NCBI RefSeq assembly: GCF_006345805.1
Contig: NC_043009.1
Location: 19,034,001-19,098,000 of the forward strand
From: Octopus sinensis
Taxonomy: Eukaryota
DNA length: 64,000 nucleotides
Reading direction: 5' to 3'
Below are positions 25,380 through 38,239 of this stretch, in pieces (the first letter of the stretch is position 1; every line of letters begins with the position of its first letter). Both the position numbers and the translations under genes were made by a program. Below the pieces are notes generated by a model. The model was not told the origin of the DNA. It saw only the letters and a program-made list of their open reading frames with translations, and made no database searches.

Positions 25380-26640
25380 GGGGGGGGAAGAAGCCGTTGA
25401 GATCAGCCAGGTGAACACTTTGCCAACATACCGTGATAAAAGAATGGCGAGAGTACGAATAGGGAGAGTGCTACCCGAAATAGATGGGGAATGGCTGGTG
25501 GCAGCCATCCTGTTTAACTGTGAGGAAGAGACCGAGATTATCAAGGTGGCGAAGTCGGCAGAGATAAACTGTTGGGGATTGGGCTGGAAATCAAGGCTCA
25601 TATAACCCTGCCAGACTTGCACAAGATAGCAGAGGAGTTGGTGCTCCCCGATGACACCCGGTTAAGAATCGTGGTACAGGGGAGACATCCGATGTGTTAT
25701 AATTGTTGTATAAGGGGACACATAAAGGCAAGGTGTCTCCAGAAACAGGAGGAAAGAACGGAGAACCAGGCAGAGGTGGAAGAAGCAGTAATCGAGGAGG
25801 AAAAGAAGTAGGAGGAAATAGTGGGAGACAGAAAAAGAACAAGTGCGGAGTCATTGCCAGAAAGCCTGAAAAAGAAGAGAAAAGCGAAAAAAGTACAAGA
25901 GAAAAAATTAGTAGAGAAAAAAGACAAGAGTATGAATCGAACCTTAGAACAAGAGTCTACAGTAAGTTGGAATGACAGAGAGGAGAAATATGAGGAGTGG
26001 AAAGAGGAAGTAAGGAGGAGTATGGAATATGCGAGGCAAAGAGAGCAGCCGACTGGATGGTACTTAAGAATGATGATATTTTATGATAAGAACGTGGAAT
26101 TAGATTGCAAAGGTGAAGAATTTAACAAGAGTAAGATTGGATGAAGAAGTGTTTGGCCCCGAGGGAAGAGCAGTACTGTTGGAGAAAGAGAGAGTCGAGA
26201 AATTGTCGGAATTATTTGGATACAAAATAAAAGTACCTGGACTGTACTTTCAATATGATACATTGACAAGTGGTGTCGAGTTTGATGACTTGACGGAGTA
26301 CATGTGGGATATGTCTGGACATGTATAATGAAACTGATGAAATTGTAATTAGAACAGTAAAATGGAACTGCTGCTTTGGGGGTGGGGGCAGTAAGCCATT
26401 TCATTTTTGTCATTGTTTTATTCCTTATATTCATATTTCATACGTCACGTTCTATGTACCCCACGTTTTGTGTTGTCTGTCCTTGTGGTTTTTCTCTCTT
26501 CCTTGAGGCTTTATACCTTTAATAAAGAAATTGGAAGGTCGGCCATGACCCGACAGCTCATGAGCAATGTGTCGACTCGGGATTACGAGTAGTACCGGTG
26601 AGCGGACAAGCCTCTAGTACCATCTCTTAAACGGACTTAA
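25380..26640 (+). mobile_element. Gag/ORF1-like element with CCHC knuckle, Lys/Glu-rich tail and structured 3' end; no RT adjacent
   Basis: CYNCCIRGHIKARC (CX2CX4HX4C); frameshifted ORFs 25411-26328; AATAAA at ~26521 followed by short hairpins. Confidence 0.6.
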
Positions 26641-26729
26641 TGTATTATTTTATTATGTCGTACGAGAACTGTACAACACAAGTCTCTCAAAAAAACTCAG
26701 AACACGAAATAAAATCAGGTTACATTTAT

Positions 26730-27420
26730 TTAATACTACTGCAATCTACAGCAATGCAAGGCAAAAAATTTAAGAATATCGTCCTTGTCTATACTTGAGT
26801 TGTATTTATTAAGGGAAGCAAGTATCACGAGGTCTGATTTTCGTTGGTGCTTCACATTTCGTCGAAAGGGTGTCATAATTCGAGTTAGCGTTGAAAACGA
26901 TGATTTCCATGAAGCTGTGCTAGATCCAAATGTTAATGCTGCGCCAAACAAAAGATAAACATTTGGAAAGGCATCCTGTACAATACGTAAAGATCCATAA
27001 TTATCAAGCAGTGTCATATTTTGTTTGGAAATGTATGCTTTAGCCACAGTAAGTTCAGAAAGTAAGGCCGATTTATCGCAATTAACTAAATTGTTCAGAA
27101 GGTTTTAAAGCATCGAAATCCAAAAATGTCTCGGACGTTGGTAGTAGACTTGCCAAGGAAGAATATATACTATCGTTTTGCTCTGAAAATCTATTATCTA
27201 GCTCTCCCAAGCTTTCGTCGATGATCGAGAAACAAATTTTGTGAAAAGCTATCCAGTCATCTTGTGATGGTACCAGAGCTTCAACAACGTTGGGACCCGC
27301 GAGCTTTTCAAAATATGATCAGTTTGAAAATGTAATTTTGTAAGTACTAATTTTGCTCAGCCAGTCATAGACGACGAAAGAAGACCTTGTTCAGTCACAG
27401 TTTAGGGCCAATCGAGATCT
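26730..27420 (-). pseudogene. hAT transposase C-terminal (dimerisation domain) remnant
   Basis: AFPNVYLL..ALTFGSSTASWKSSFSTLTRI...SDLVILAS. Confidence 0.7.
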
Positions 27421-30033
27421 TTATATAATTTTAACTGGCTTTAAGTTGTGTGTGTACAGTGGGCCTCCAAGTGGGATATTTTATTTAGTTACTTTTAGTG
27501 GGTGGAAAAGTAAGATGCCGACCATTATCCTTGTTAGAGTCAGGTAATAGTTCAATGATATGGAAAATACGTTCTGTAGAATGTAACCTTAAAATCTATT
27601 TTGCTAAGTTTTATGTTGCATTCTATAATTATTTGTTGCGAATCGCTCATACAAAAGACGGCTACATACGATGGGAATCGTAATTTAGAATTATTTTAAA
27701 TTGGACTTAGCGCTTATACCTCAGCCAACACATCTTTTTCAGCAACTGACACAATACATCGGTATTCTGAGAAGAACCACGTGTAGTCAAGTCTTCTGTT
27801 ATGTTGTTATCTGATACTTAATTTCGTTTGTCATGTTGTTTGAAATACCTATTCTAATATTTGAACCTGAATCGATAGATATACTACTTAATTGATGCGA
27901 ACAACAACCTATGCCAGTATATATAATAGAAAGTAACAGCTGTTTCTTTCTATTATATGAACTCTTGGGGACTTTTTCTACAGACAGTTTTTGTCACGTA
28001 TTGCTAGAAAGCCGATCAATGTTACCAGTGTGCAATACCATCTGTCAGTTTTCTGTTAAAAAAGTATATAATTCTTTTTCGCCACATTTCAATGTTACAA
28101 TGAAGACGCATAGCCTGAATAGCGAGTTGTGTCATTGGATAAAGCACATTATTTCACATTTTGCAAACTACTCAGCTGAAAATGAATACCAGCCAGGAAT
28201 TGGTAGAGACCGATCTTACTCCCCAACTTGATATTCGGCTCGGTCGAATATCAAGAATAAACTTGAGAGAGAACTAACAAGCATAAAGCAGTGATCTCCT
28301 AAAGATTTGAAGAGCCGAGGAGATGCTTACGTCTGCTCGCGAGCACATAGGCATTTAAAACAATTAACGAGAGCATTTTGTGGTGGATGACAAAGCTTTT
28401 GTGCGATATAGTGACTCGACAAAAAAAAAAACAGATTTGTACCGTAAAAAAATAATTGGAATTATGAAGACTAGACGAACATATAAGAACATTGGTTTTA
28501 TTGCTCACTACATTCTGTAGGAAGAGTTCTTTTGAATGTCTTCTGACTTTCAAAAGAATTCTTTATTCTTTTTATAAAACATGTCTTTTTCTATGTATAT
28601 ACTAGTCATCCCTTCCTGCTATTGATATATTACCGCTGTGTATATTTAGCACCAGTGTACCCACCAAAGAATAAATCCGTGGAGAGTAGACATATACTTT
28701 AGTACATACTCTCACTGCATTTGTTGTCTTCTCTGCGCAACCTTGTCCATTACATTTATATTTGTGTTATTAATCCGTTCTTCTCACGGCTTTGTACCGT
28801 TCATCTAAGTAAGCAACTAGTGACATGTATATTGAACAAGTGTTCAGTGTTGTGTCAATGAGACCTGAGACCAGAAAAGTAGCAGAATCTTCTTGTTAGA
28901 CTCATCCAGCTGAGACATTCACTACTGGATAAATACCATATTAGACTTCGATAAATTTCACATTAACAAGGACTTACATGCTGTTAACCAGTCCATTCTC
29001 ACGATTAGAAAACGATTTTGCTGGTCAACACATTGATTAGATGGGAAAAGTCGGTTATTATTTTAGTGCTCCATTGCTATACTTAGTGCACAAACAATAT
29101 AGACAAAGAATAAGTCAAACTGAAATGGTCTTAACATGAGAGAAAAATACAGTTCATATAATAAGCCAGTTGCTAAAACGTAAAACAACGCAGTTACGAT
29201 TGAGTATTGAGGTATCGTGTAGGCAAACTTTAGCGATGAAAACCATTAAGTAATTTAAATAATTAAGTCAGAGTTAACACATGACCAATAAAACCAAATA
29301 ATCTCTCCCCACATTAAAGAATTGAAATTTCGTGTCGGTCGTTCTACCTACATTGATCGAAATGAAGCATTGATCTAATGTTTGTCTGTTTTCAATAAGG
29401 AGATAGTCTTGATAAATTAAAGTTTACTTAATTGGGAAAATTTCCCTTTCAAAAATACTTTGTCACACCAACTTCAGTGCATAAATGCGAATTCATATAG
29501 TGATAATATTACTACACCTCTAGCTATACTGTATAGTTATACTTCGGCGAAAAGGCCAAGATAAGACTGAAACATGTTCAGAATCGTTACAGTGATTAAC
29601 AAACTTCAGACGAATTTAATCTATACGTAATTCCTATTTTAATTGAGATTTCGAAGTTGATCAGATTCCAGCATTGATGCAATATTTACGTCTCTTCAGT
29701 GTTAGAATAGTCTTGGTTAATTAAAGTTTACTTGCTCGCTACATTAAATGTGTTAGCATGAAGTTAACTTAAACTTTAAAAAAATATGACCACAAAAAAA
29801 AAGTTGCTGTGAGAAAATGTAAGCAACAAAGTTTATAAAAATCAGAATGTTTCATCAGAAGTTAGTTAAATGCCCTAAATGATGACAAACATGTTTACAG
29901 TGACAGTAGAAGGAAATTAATATTTTCGATAGCAAATCCAATACGTTTTCGATTCTGATGCCACTGACTGTTAAAATATGCTGCCAATTCTGGTTGATTC
30001 TCTAAAATTGAAACAATTGTCTCTTCATTTCAG

Positions 30034-30097
30034 CGTGTAAAGTTGAGAACTGTTTAAGTTCGCGATCTGAAATTCATCCAAGGAACCTCAGTTGCAC
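30034..30097 (+). CDS. Exon A3 (64 nt, phase 1 to 2): (P)CKVENCLSSRSEIHPRNLSC
   Basis: Acceptor tgtctcttcatttcAG, donor AC|GTAAGT; the other two frames contain stops. Confidence 0.8.
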
Positions 30098-32305
30098 GTA
30101 AGTGGAGATTCATTATTCAATTCTACACACATACACAAATCTATGCAAATATGCACGCGCGCGTGTGTGTGTTATTAGATAATAAACCTTATGGTATACA
30201 TCTGGTAGCTTACTGGTAAAGCACGTTCACTTTCACAGTGTTCGTAGTGTATTTGAATAAAAAGAGAGACCGAAGATGGAAGGTACGAGAATGTTTATGA
30301 ATACACATACATATATGTGTGCTTCTCTTTCTCTTTTTTATTTAGAATAAATTTTGATCAGCAACCTACTTGGTAGCATATAGGTGAAGGAAAGCATCTT
30401 AATTTCTTCGTCATCCTTTAAATTTTGAGAAGGTCTTGCAGATTTTCATAGTCCCTGATATCGTGATCATTTGTAGAGTATGAATTAAGGATTTGCTTTA
30501 TCTCACCGAAAACCCAAGTTCAGCCATACACTGTTCCAGACGAGTTGGTCTGTATTCTGCTCCTCCAGTAACAATAGATATGAAGCTGAAAGTGTATGTT
30601 GAGTACTGCGCTTGTGTGAGTTTGTATATGTGAGATTGTGTGTGTATGTGTGAGTGTGTATGTGCATGCTAGTGTTTGTATATGTATGTGTCTGTGTCAT
30701 TCATAGGGTCCTAGGTGGGAGCTCCGTTTTCATTTTCTATACATTTCTGATGGACAATCATTGTAAAAAAACATAAGTCATTATACAAATGTACGTCTCT
30801 CTTCCCATTATCAATATCATATCTGCGATCATCACCATCAATAACACTCTGTTCCTTTAGCATTATTTATGTATTTATTTATATAGTATTAGCATTCTTA
30901 CATTCAGTTTCTCCTATCATCATTATCCCCTTATCCTCATCATCATTAATGCTGCTATAAGCACATTCAAACATCCCAATAGCTATAAATTTGTTCATTT
31001 ATATTCTGTTTTTGATTTTATTTTATTTTCATCATCAACACCAGTATTATTACTATTTTTTTAGCCTTTCGCATCATTATTTTTTCCCTTTATTTTTTCA
31101 TTATGCGGATCAGAATTAATATATTTAATCTACACTAAATTGTAAATTTAAATTCACGGACACGTTTGATTAATCCCGACGTGTTCTACCTGACGAGTAC
31201 CATGGTTCCTCCAGCTGCTTATGAATACGTCAACTCTGGATTTAGGAGTATATAAATAATGCTATTCCTACATGTATTTCATTATTTACAAGTAGTTTGA
31301 TGTCAAACTATCCTATTTCGTAAAGCACGGTTCGTTCCGGGTGAGATTTTTATAGACGGTATCAAATTCTTTATTAATGACCTGTAGGGACACCGTATTT
31401 CGTTATGCTTCCGGGAATGTATTTAATATGTAAAATTGATATATCCAATTATGTTACATCACTATATTTAGTTGCTGTTTAAGCCATCAGTTCGTGGATG
31501 GTTGTTGAGTGCTGATAAAGGAGCGAAAATTGAAATATGGCATATACACCCATTACTCACTTTTCATCTTCGATCTCATTGTTGTTTACACTGGACGTAA
31601 CAAATTCAATGCTGGATATAATTTCTATAGAAAATTTGTAGAGATAAGCCTGGCAGGTTCTTTATATTTCTCACAATTACCATTTTCACTATAACCATTT
31701 AAATTATAAAATTAACTTTTAGAACAATATATTCTCGCCACAACTGACAGACAACTATAAAATCAGAAATAACTTTCTCAACTAAAATCAAGACTGGAAA
31801 AAAATTGAATTGTCCTTACTTCCCTTTTCCAAATGCTTAATAAAAGACAACTTTACCCGTGTTTGTATCGTGTATCGATAGCTCGATATATAAATATTTA
31901 CTTCTGAATTCAGACACAGCGAAATAAAACCCAAGAAAGAAATTCCCCTGCTGCTATCAATGACCATCAGAACTCATTCAGAGAAAGTTTGTGAAAATAT
32001 CAATCCGTGTTGATCTTTATTTTACGATTAACAGGTCTAAAACAAAATTTCCTAAGAGGAGATGTATATTATGGAGGACGAGAGTAAAGTAACGTGCGAG
32101 AAATTATGAGCATGGTATTGCTTTACTACCCTATCATCAGGGAGCAAACACAGCAGCAGCTCTGAAATATAAAATATAAAATCATAATATACAGAACGAG
32201 TTCTCGTCTTTCATGGCATCGATTACCAAAGAAGAAATAGTCCAAGAAATGTTTGTGTATCAGTCGTATTAATTGTAGAGAAAATAAAGGACGGAACCTG
32301 AATAA

Positions 32306-32537
32306 CTATTTCTTTATTACCCACAAGGGGCTAAACACAGAGGGGACAAACAAGGACCGACATAGATATTAAGTCGATTACATCGACCCCAGTGCGTAAC
32401 TGGTACTTAATTTATCGACCCCGAAAGGATGAAAGGCAAAGTCGACCTCGGTGGAATTTGAACTCACAACGTAACGCAGACGAAATACCGCTAAGCATTT
32501 CGCCCGGCGTGCTAACGTGTCTGCCAGCTCGCTGCCT
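32306..32537 (-). mobile_element. SINE family B, full length, low divergence
   Basis: Head GGCAGCGAGCTGGCAG...GTTCAAATTCC, core and CCCCTTGTGGG tail. Confidence 0.9.
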
Positions 32538-33678
32538 TTTATGGAAATGTAGGAACCTGAATAACGCTTACTTGTTCTGTGCTATGCTTTCGATAATGTT
32601 ATTTGTGCTTGCTTTTGACAATCTGTGAAAGATTTATTGGATATCAAGTAACTTCTGAATTTGACGCTCAAATGTTTTTGCTGCACTAAATGTCTTTGGT
32701 GGTAGAATGTCGCATTATCCTGTATAAAAAACAAACGTTGATTTTCATACCAATCTGCGTGTTGTTGTCCCATTCGCAGTCTGTGTCCACGGCTACTCTC
32801 ACAAGCTGAACCTGTTACATGTTGACTGCGTATAAAAATGTAAAAGCCGCAAGAGAATATTTTGTCATATCGCAGCGACTCTACATTTCCAATGAACGAT
32901 CCACTGTGCATCCGTATTTCAAGTAGTTATAGGAAGAAATAAATGACTGTTAATAAAGCTAAAATTGACCGTCTGATACATGTTAGATCTATCACCATGC
33001 ATGATGTTAAGGTGAACAATTTACGCTTCAATTTATTTTATTTTCTCTACCATATTTCAGTGAGGATACCAAATCACTGGAGGCAGAAATTTAGAGCAAG
33101 TCACTTTTATGAGTATCGTATGCAAACTTTTGTATTCTTGTACTCTTTAAATAATCTTCCGAAGAAGATGCTACAATCTTCAGTGGAGATGATGTCAATT
33201 GACAGAAATTAGGCAAAAAATATAGGTAGCATACAATCTAGCAACAATCGGACTTATTACAATCAACTAGTTTGCAAGAAGCCAAAATGGCGAAATTAGC
33301 GTCATACCATTTAGAGGATTTGCTGGTCACTGAGATTAACAGAAGCCGACAGCTGAGTAATGAAGATTACTTCACCGTGATTTCGTCACTTGTATTTTGG
33401 ATAGCATTTGCTCAAAGCTACAGTACCACTTTTTGACACAAAACTCTTATATCAGGAAGAACATTTCCCATCTTAATTCCAGAAGTCAGAAGTCAACATT
33501 GAGAGTCTGAAGATCATGACAAATGTCAACTGAACTTGGACGGCCTGAAGACGGAATGCTATAGCACATCTAGTTTCATCTAGCAAAAGATAGGTATTTT
33601 GAACATACTGGCGTATGTGACTTTGAGGAGACTTTTGCTCTTTCTATATGCATGAGCGACCGCATAATATATACATTA

Positions 33679-33737
<59 letters not shown>

Positions 33738-34156
33738 CTCTCTAGATACGTTCCTAAAAATGCGGTGCGAAATGAAACATTCACCGAATGTGGTCATTAT
33801 AGCACCAGAACTATAGATAAGAGCACGTATGGTTATAAGAATATTTCTATCAGTGATATGAACAGGAATGAAGATATCATATGACAAGCCAATGCAGAAA
33901 CGACAAACCAATATAGAAATGATAAACCAATCCACGAACTTTTGATACACCTTCAAAAACGTAGTAACTTTTGATAATCGTATACTGTGTTATGTGATCG
34001 GAAGTTATGCTGAAATAATAAAAGCGTCTTTATTAAGCTCCAATGTTATAAAATTATTATTCATGTTAAGTTCCTCAGTTTTACAACAAATACACAGGTC
34101 TACTCAACAGGAGGAACATATTATCTGGGATGAAGATTAAGGCTGGTCTCTTTTCC

Positions 34157-34871
34157 TTATATTGGTTTTCTTGAACCTTCCCTCACGAAGCAGCAGGATA
34201 TCATGTCCAGAACACTTGCTTGCGTTGTTGCTGGCTCCCAGTCTTATTCCTTTCCCTTAAACTGTTCTATCTCGGCGATACTGTTACTGAGGGATTCAGC
34301 TGTCAGACTTCTTTTTGTTCTTTCTGTTATTAATAGCTCTACAGTTAGCTCTTGAGGTTTATTTTGAATTTATTGCTATGATAACTCCTGCAGCTTCTCA
34401 ATAGATAAATTCTTACCAAGAGTCTGTACTAACTTCTTCAAGACTTGTGCATTAACATTTTGTATTTTCCTTTCATAGGCCAACTCAAATATATAATTAA
34501 TGACTGCTGAAACTATTTTTTCGTAAAGTTCCTGGTTAGCATTGCATTCTTATGGCCATAGTTTCTTCCAGACTTTTCTTCACTGAGCTCTCCATTGCTT
34601 TGTCAAGGCCATCAGTTTCTTCAACAAGATGCTTGAGAGTTCGACGACAATTTTAGGTCTTGATAATATTGGACTCGCCTGAAACATCATCCTTAAGTAT
34701 CACACCATCTTTCCCATCGTAGAGATAAAAATGCGAGATAGCATCTTTTTCAAAATTCGCCTGCTTATCTGGAACAGTTTCCATACTCGTTGATAGTCTT
34801 AAGAACCTGGAGAAATTCTTTGACTTCTGGGTGCCTGCATTTGAAGCTTCGCTAGGTATGCGGATGCCGTG
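34157..34871 (-). pseudogene. Decayed reading frame of unknown origin (~238 codons)
   Basis: One frame with only five internal stops before the terminal one: ...METVPDKQANFEKDAISHFYLYDGKDGVILKDD...LRKIVSAVINYIFELAYERKIQNVNAQVLKKLVQTLG...VLDMISCCFVREG. Confidence 0.5.
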
Positions 34872-35037
34872 TCATTTATATCATCGATTGAAAACCTGAA
34901 ACCAAATTCTGTTAGCTGTGATTACTCCCGAATTATCATCTTTTTGCCTTGCATGTGTCTAGTGAAGATCCTTGCCTTTTCTTTTACGATAAGTTGACTT
35001 AATATCATGTTGCGGTGCATTTCGTCGTCCACTTATA

Positions 35038-35249
35038 TTGGTTTCAAATTTTGGCACAAGGCCAGCAATTTCAGGACAGAAAGTAAGTCGATTATATCGA
35101 CTCCAATGTTCAATTGGTTCTTATCGACCCCGAGAGGATGAAAAGTAAAGTTGACCCCGGCAACATTTGAACTCAGACCGTAATGTCGGAAGAAATGCTG
35201 CTAAGCCATTTTCCCGGTGGGTAACAATTCTGTCAGCTCACCACCTTAT
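35038..35249 (-). mobile_element. SINE family B variant (GCTGGCCTTGTGCCAAAATTTGAAAC tail)
   Basis: Same head and core as 32306-32537; tail shared with 44753-44950. Confidence 0.82.
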
Positions 35250-36041
35250 CTTCACTTATATTGCAAATATATTTTGTTCTCACTTCACATTGAAGCAACT
35301 TTAACTATAGAAAGAAATCGAAAAGATGAAGTAGCAAGAGAAAGGATGAAATAATATAAGCAGACTGACGCTAGAACAAAAGAAGAACATATGAAAGCAT
35401 CAGAAAAACCAATATGCATGAGCACGAACATGCAGATTACCCATAATATTGAAGAGAAAATCGATAGATGCGCAGAGGGAACACAGACGATAAAGAGTTA
35501 TGTGATTAGGTGATAACACTGAGAGAGAGGGATAGAGAGAGAGAGGGTAGAGGGGGAGTAGAAGTGAGTGAGAAGCAGAAGTGTTATTATATCTGTCTGA
35601 ACGCGCATCAGCGAGCAGAATATCTGGAACAATTTCAAGGAAAGGACTAGGAATGTATGAAAACAGGATTGAAGAGATTAGCGAGAGAAATGTTCAAAGA
35701 ATTTGGAGCTTCTTTCATACAGCATCAGTAGGAACAAGTTTTATTTTTCAATAAATTCAATCCATTTTCCAGCCTATTATCTATGACATCTTAAACAACA
35801 TAACCAAATAAAAGTAATCATGGCAAAAGAAGCAAAATTGCAAAACGTTAATTCTTGGTCTCTCGTTAATTCTTGGGTCCCGTTAGTTATCGTAAAAATG
35901 TAATGAGTTTCACTTTCGTAATAACTCATTATAATGTTCCAGTATATAATTTATTACAAGTCATTGCATAAAATTAATGCAATTCATGATCATATTGACT
36001 CCAAGAAAAGGAAGGATTATAGCGAACCAATATCAAACGAG

Positions 36042-36137
<96 letters not shown>
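36042..36137. repeat. (TATC)n microsatellite
   Basis: Direct reading. Confidence 0.95.
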
Positions 36138-36445
36138 AAGCAATCAAGCAAGCAATCGATCAAATCACTCGGAAAAAGATTGTAGTACAAAATATGAAAG
36201 CACCATGTCGTCTTACTTACTTTCTTGACGTTGCTCCATGTGAATAGTATGTTGTCAGGTCATTGCAATATTACTGAGAGGGAAACAATTTATTAATTGT
36301 GAATATTTTTAAAATGATACTGAGTGCCCTTTTGCTTCGAAATCTGAAGAATTATGCAACTGAAGAATCAACAATATGCCAAATAGAAAGAATTATGTTA
36401 GCATTTCTTTGTTTCCTATCTAGAAATGTGACAGGGGTTTCATTC

Positions 36446-36476
<31 letters not shown>

Positions 36477-36490
36477 CATACATACATACA

Positions 36491-36523
<33 letters not shown>

Positions 36524-36529
36524 GCTATC

Positions 36530-38040
36530 AATGGGAATAGTAGCATACCACACTGGTCAGCTCTGGGAGAGCAAAACTGATCCACAAATGCAGAACCACC
36601 CACATGCCAAAAAACTACCGGCCAATTGTATACCAGAACTTAATGTATAAAGTGTATATAGCATGTTTAAACCTCTTCCTCCTAGACAATTGCAAAAATA
36701 GTAACATCATCACAGCAGAACAAGCAGCTGGGAAGAATGGAGTCTGGGGATGTGCCGAGCAATTGTTAATAAAAAAAACTGTAATGTGAGAGGTGCGGAA
36801 GCATAGAAGGAAACTAATTTCGATGTGACTAGACTAAAAGTAAGATTTTGACTCTGTTCCCCACTCATGGATGCTAGAAACCCCAGTAGCTTGCTAAATT
36901 TCCAGTAGTCAAAGACGTAGCAGACCTGACTTCATCGCGGCCACCATTTTGAAATTAGACACAAAGCATAGCTGTATTATCACTGATAGAATACAGTATC
37001 GCGCAGAGGAATATTCCAAGGGGACAGCCTCTCTGAGATGATGTTTGTGTTTTCTGTGAACCCCGTCATTCATGTTAAGGAACTCTGAAGGGTATCTCAC
37101 TGGTTCACTAGGGAACAAAAATACCAAAATTACACACTGTTTCTTCATGGATGACTTGAAACTATATACTAAGAATATGCAGGAGATGAAAAAGAGTCTT
37201 GATCTGGTTACAAAATTCTCAAAGGATGTAGGGTTGGAGTATATAGTTGTGAAAAGAGGGAAAACTGTAAACCGGACCAGCAGCATCTCTATCAATGACT
37301 TGACTCTATATCTGATGAGGAATACTACAGGTACCTAGGAGTCGATGAAAACATATCTTAATATGGCACCTGTAACAAAACACCAGTCACTAAAGAATAT
37401 TACTGCCGAGTAAAGGAAATATGGATCTCGGAACTCTGCATTCAATAAAACTGTGGCCCGCTATGTGTTTGCTCATACAAACATTTGGGCTGCTTGATTG
37501 GACGTTTGATGAGATCCGAGCCACTGATGTGAAAACCCGGAAGATACTAACCAGCTTGGACGCTGTACTATGTACTATGTCACTCATAATAAAGAGGTGT
37601 CCTGGGGGAATGTCCCAGTGAAAACCACATTAAAATGTAAACATAATAGACTTGACATAGTAGTTTGAGATAGAGAGAAGAGAAATTGTGTACAGCTGGG
37701 AAAATCAGCAACCCAGAGGATGTTAACATAAAGCTAAGGATTAGAGAAAAAGAAAATATCTAATCTGAACAATTGAGAAATCTACAGTTACTCTATCCAT
37801 TTTACAAATTCCGGTTTATACTTATATTGGGGCACTGGGATATGTAGCACCAATCTTGAGAAATTAAGCTTCTCAAAACCAGAAAGTAAACTAATTCGAA
37901 GATTACTGATCCAGACCATCACTGGAATTTTAAGAACCTGTAAAAATTTCCAGACTTTAATCATTTAAGTATATATGTCTAGATATGCAACTATATGCAT
38001 GAGAATACGTACATAAAAACATACAAATATGTTCACATAC
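36530..38040 (+). mobile_element. R4/Dong element, internally deleted, embedded in (TACA)n
   Basis: PKNYRPIV..LMYK, GIFQGDSLS, THCFFMDDLKLY, YRYLGVDE, endonuclease remnants; (TACA)n on both sides. Confidence 0.85.
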
Positions 38041-38081
38041 ATACATACATACATACATACATACATACATACATACATACA

Positions 38082-38113
<32 letters not shown>

Positions 38114-38239
38114 CATATATACATACACATACACATACATACACATACATACATACATACATACATACATACAAACATATATATACATACATACATACAT
38201 ACATACATACATACATACATACATACATACGAAAAACAA

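Noticed and set aside
26525-26600. Possible HDV-like ribozyme (7-bp P1-like GGTCGGC/GTCGACT)
   Set aside because: No canonical L3/P1.1 (no CC, extra C before GGG) and no convincing P2
28227-28255. Perfect 11-bp hairpin CTTGATATTCG/CGAATATCAAG
   Set aside because: Single short hairpin with no Helitron CTRR end or other context; expected occasionally by chance
27911-28553. ORFs of 84-106 aa in unique intronic sequence
   Set aside because: No motifs and no fitting splice sites
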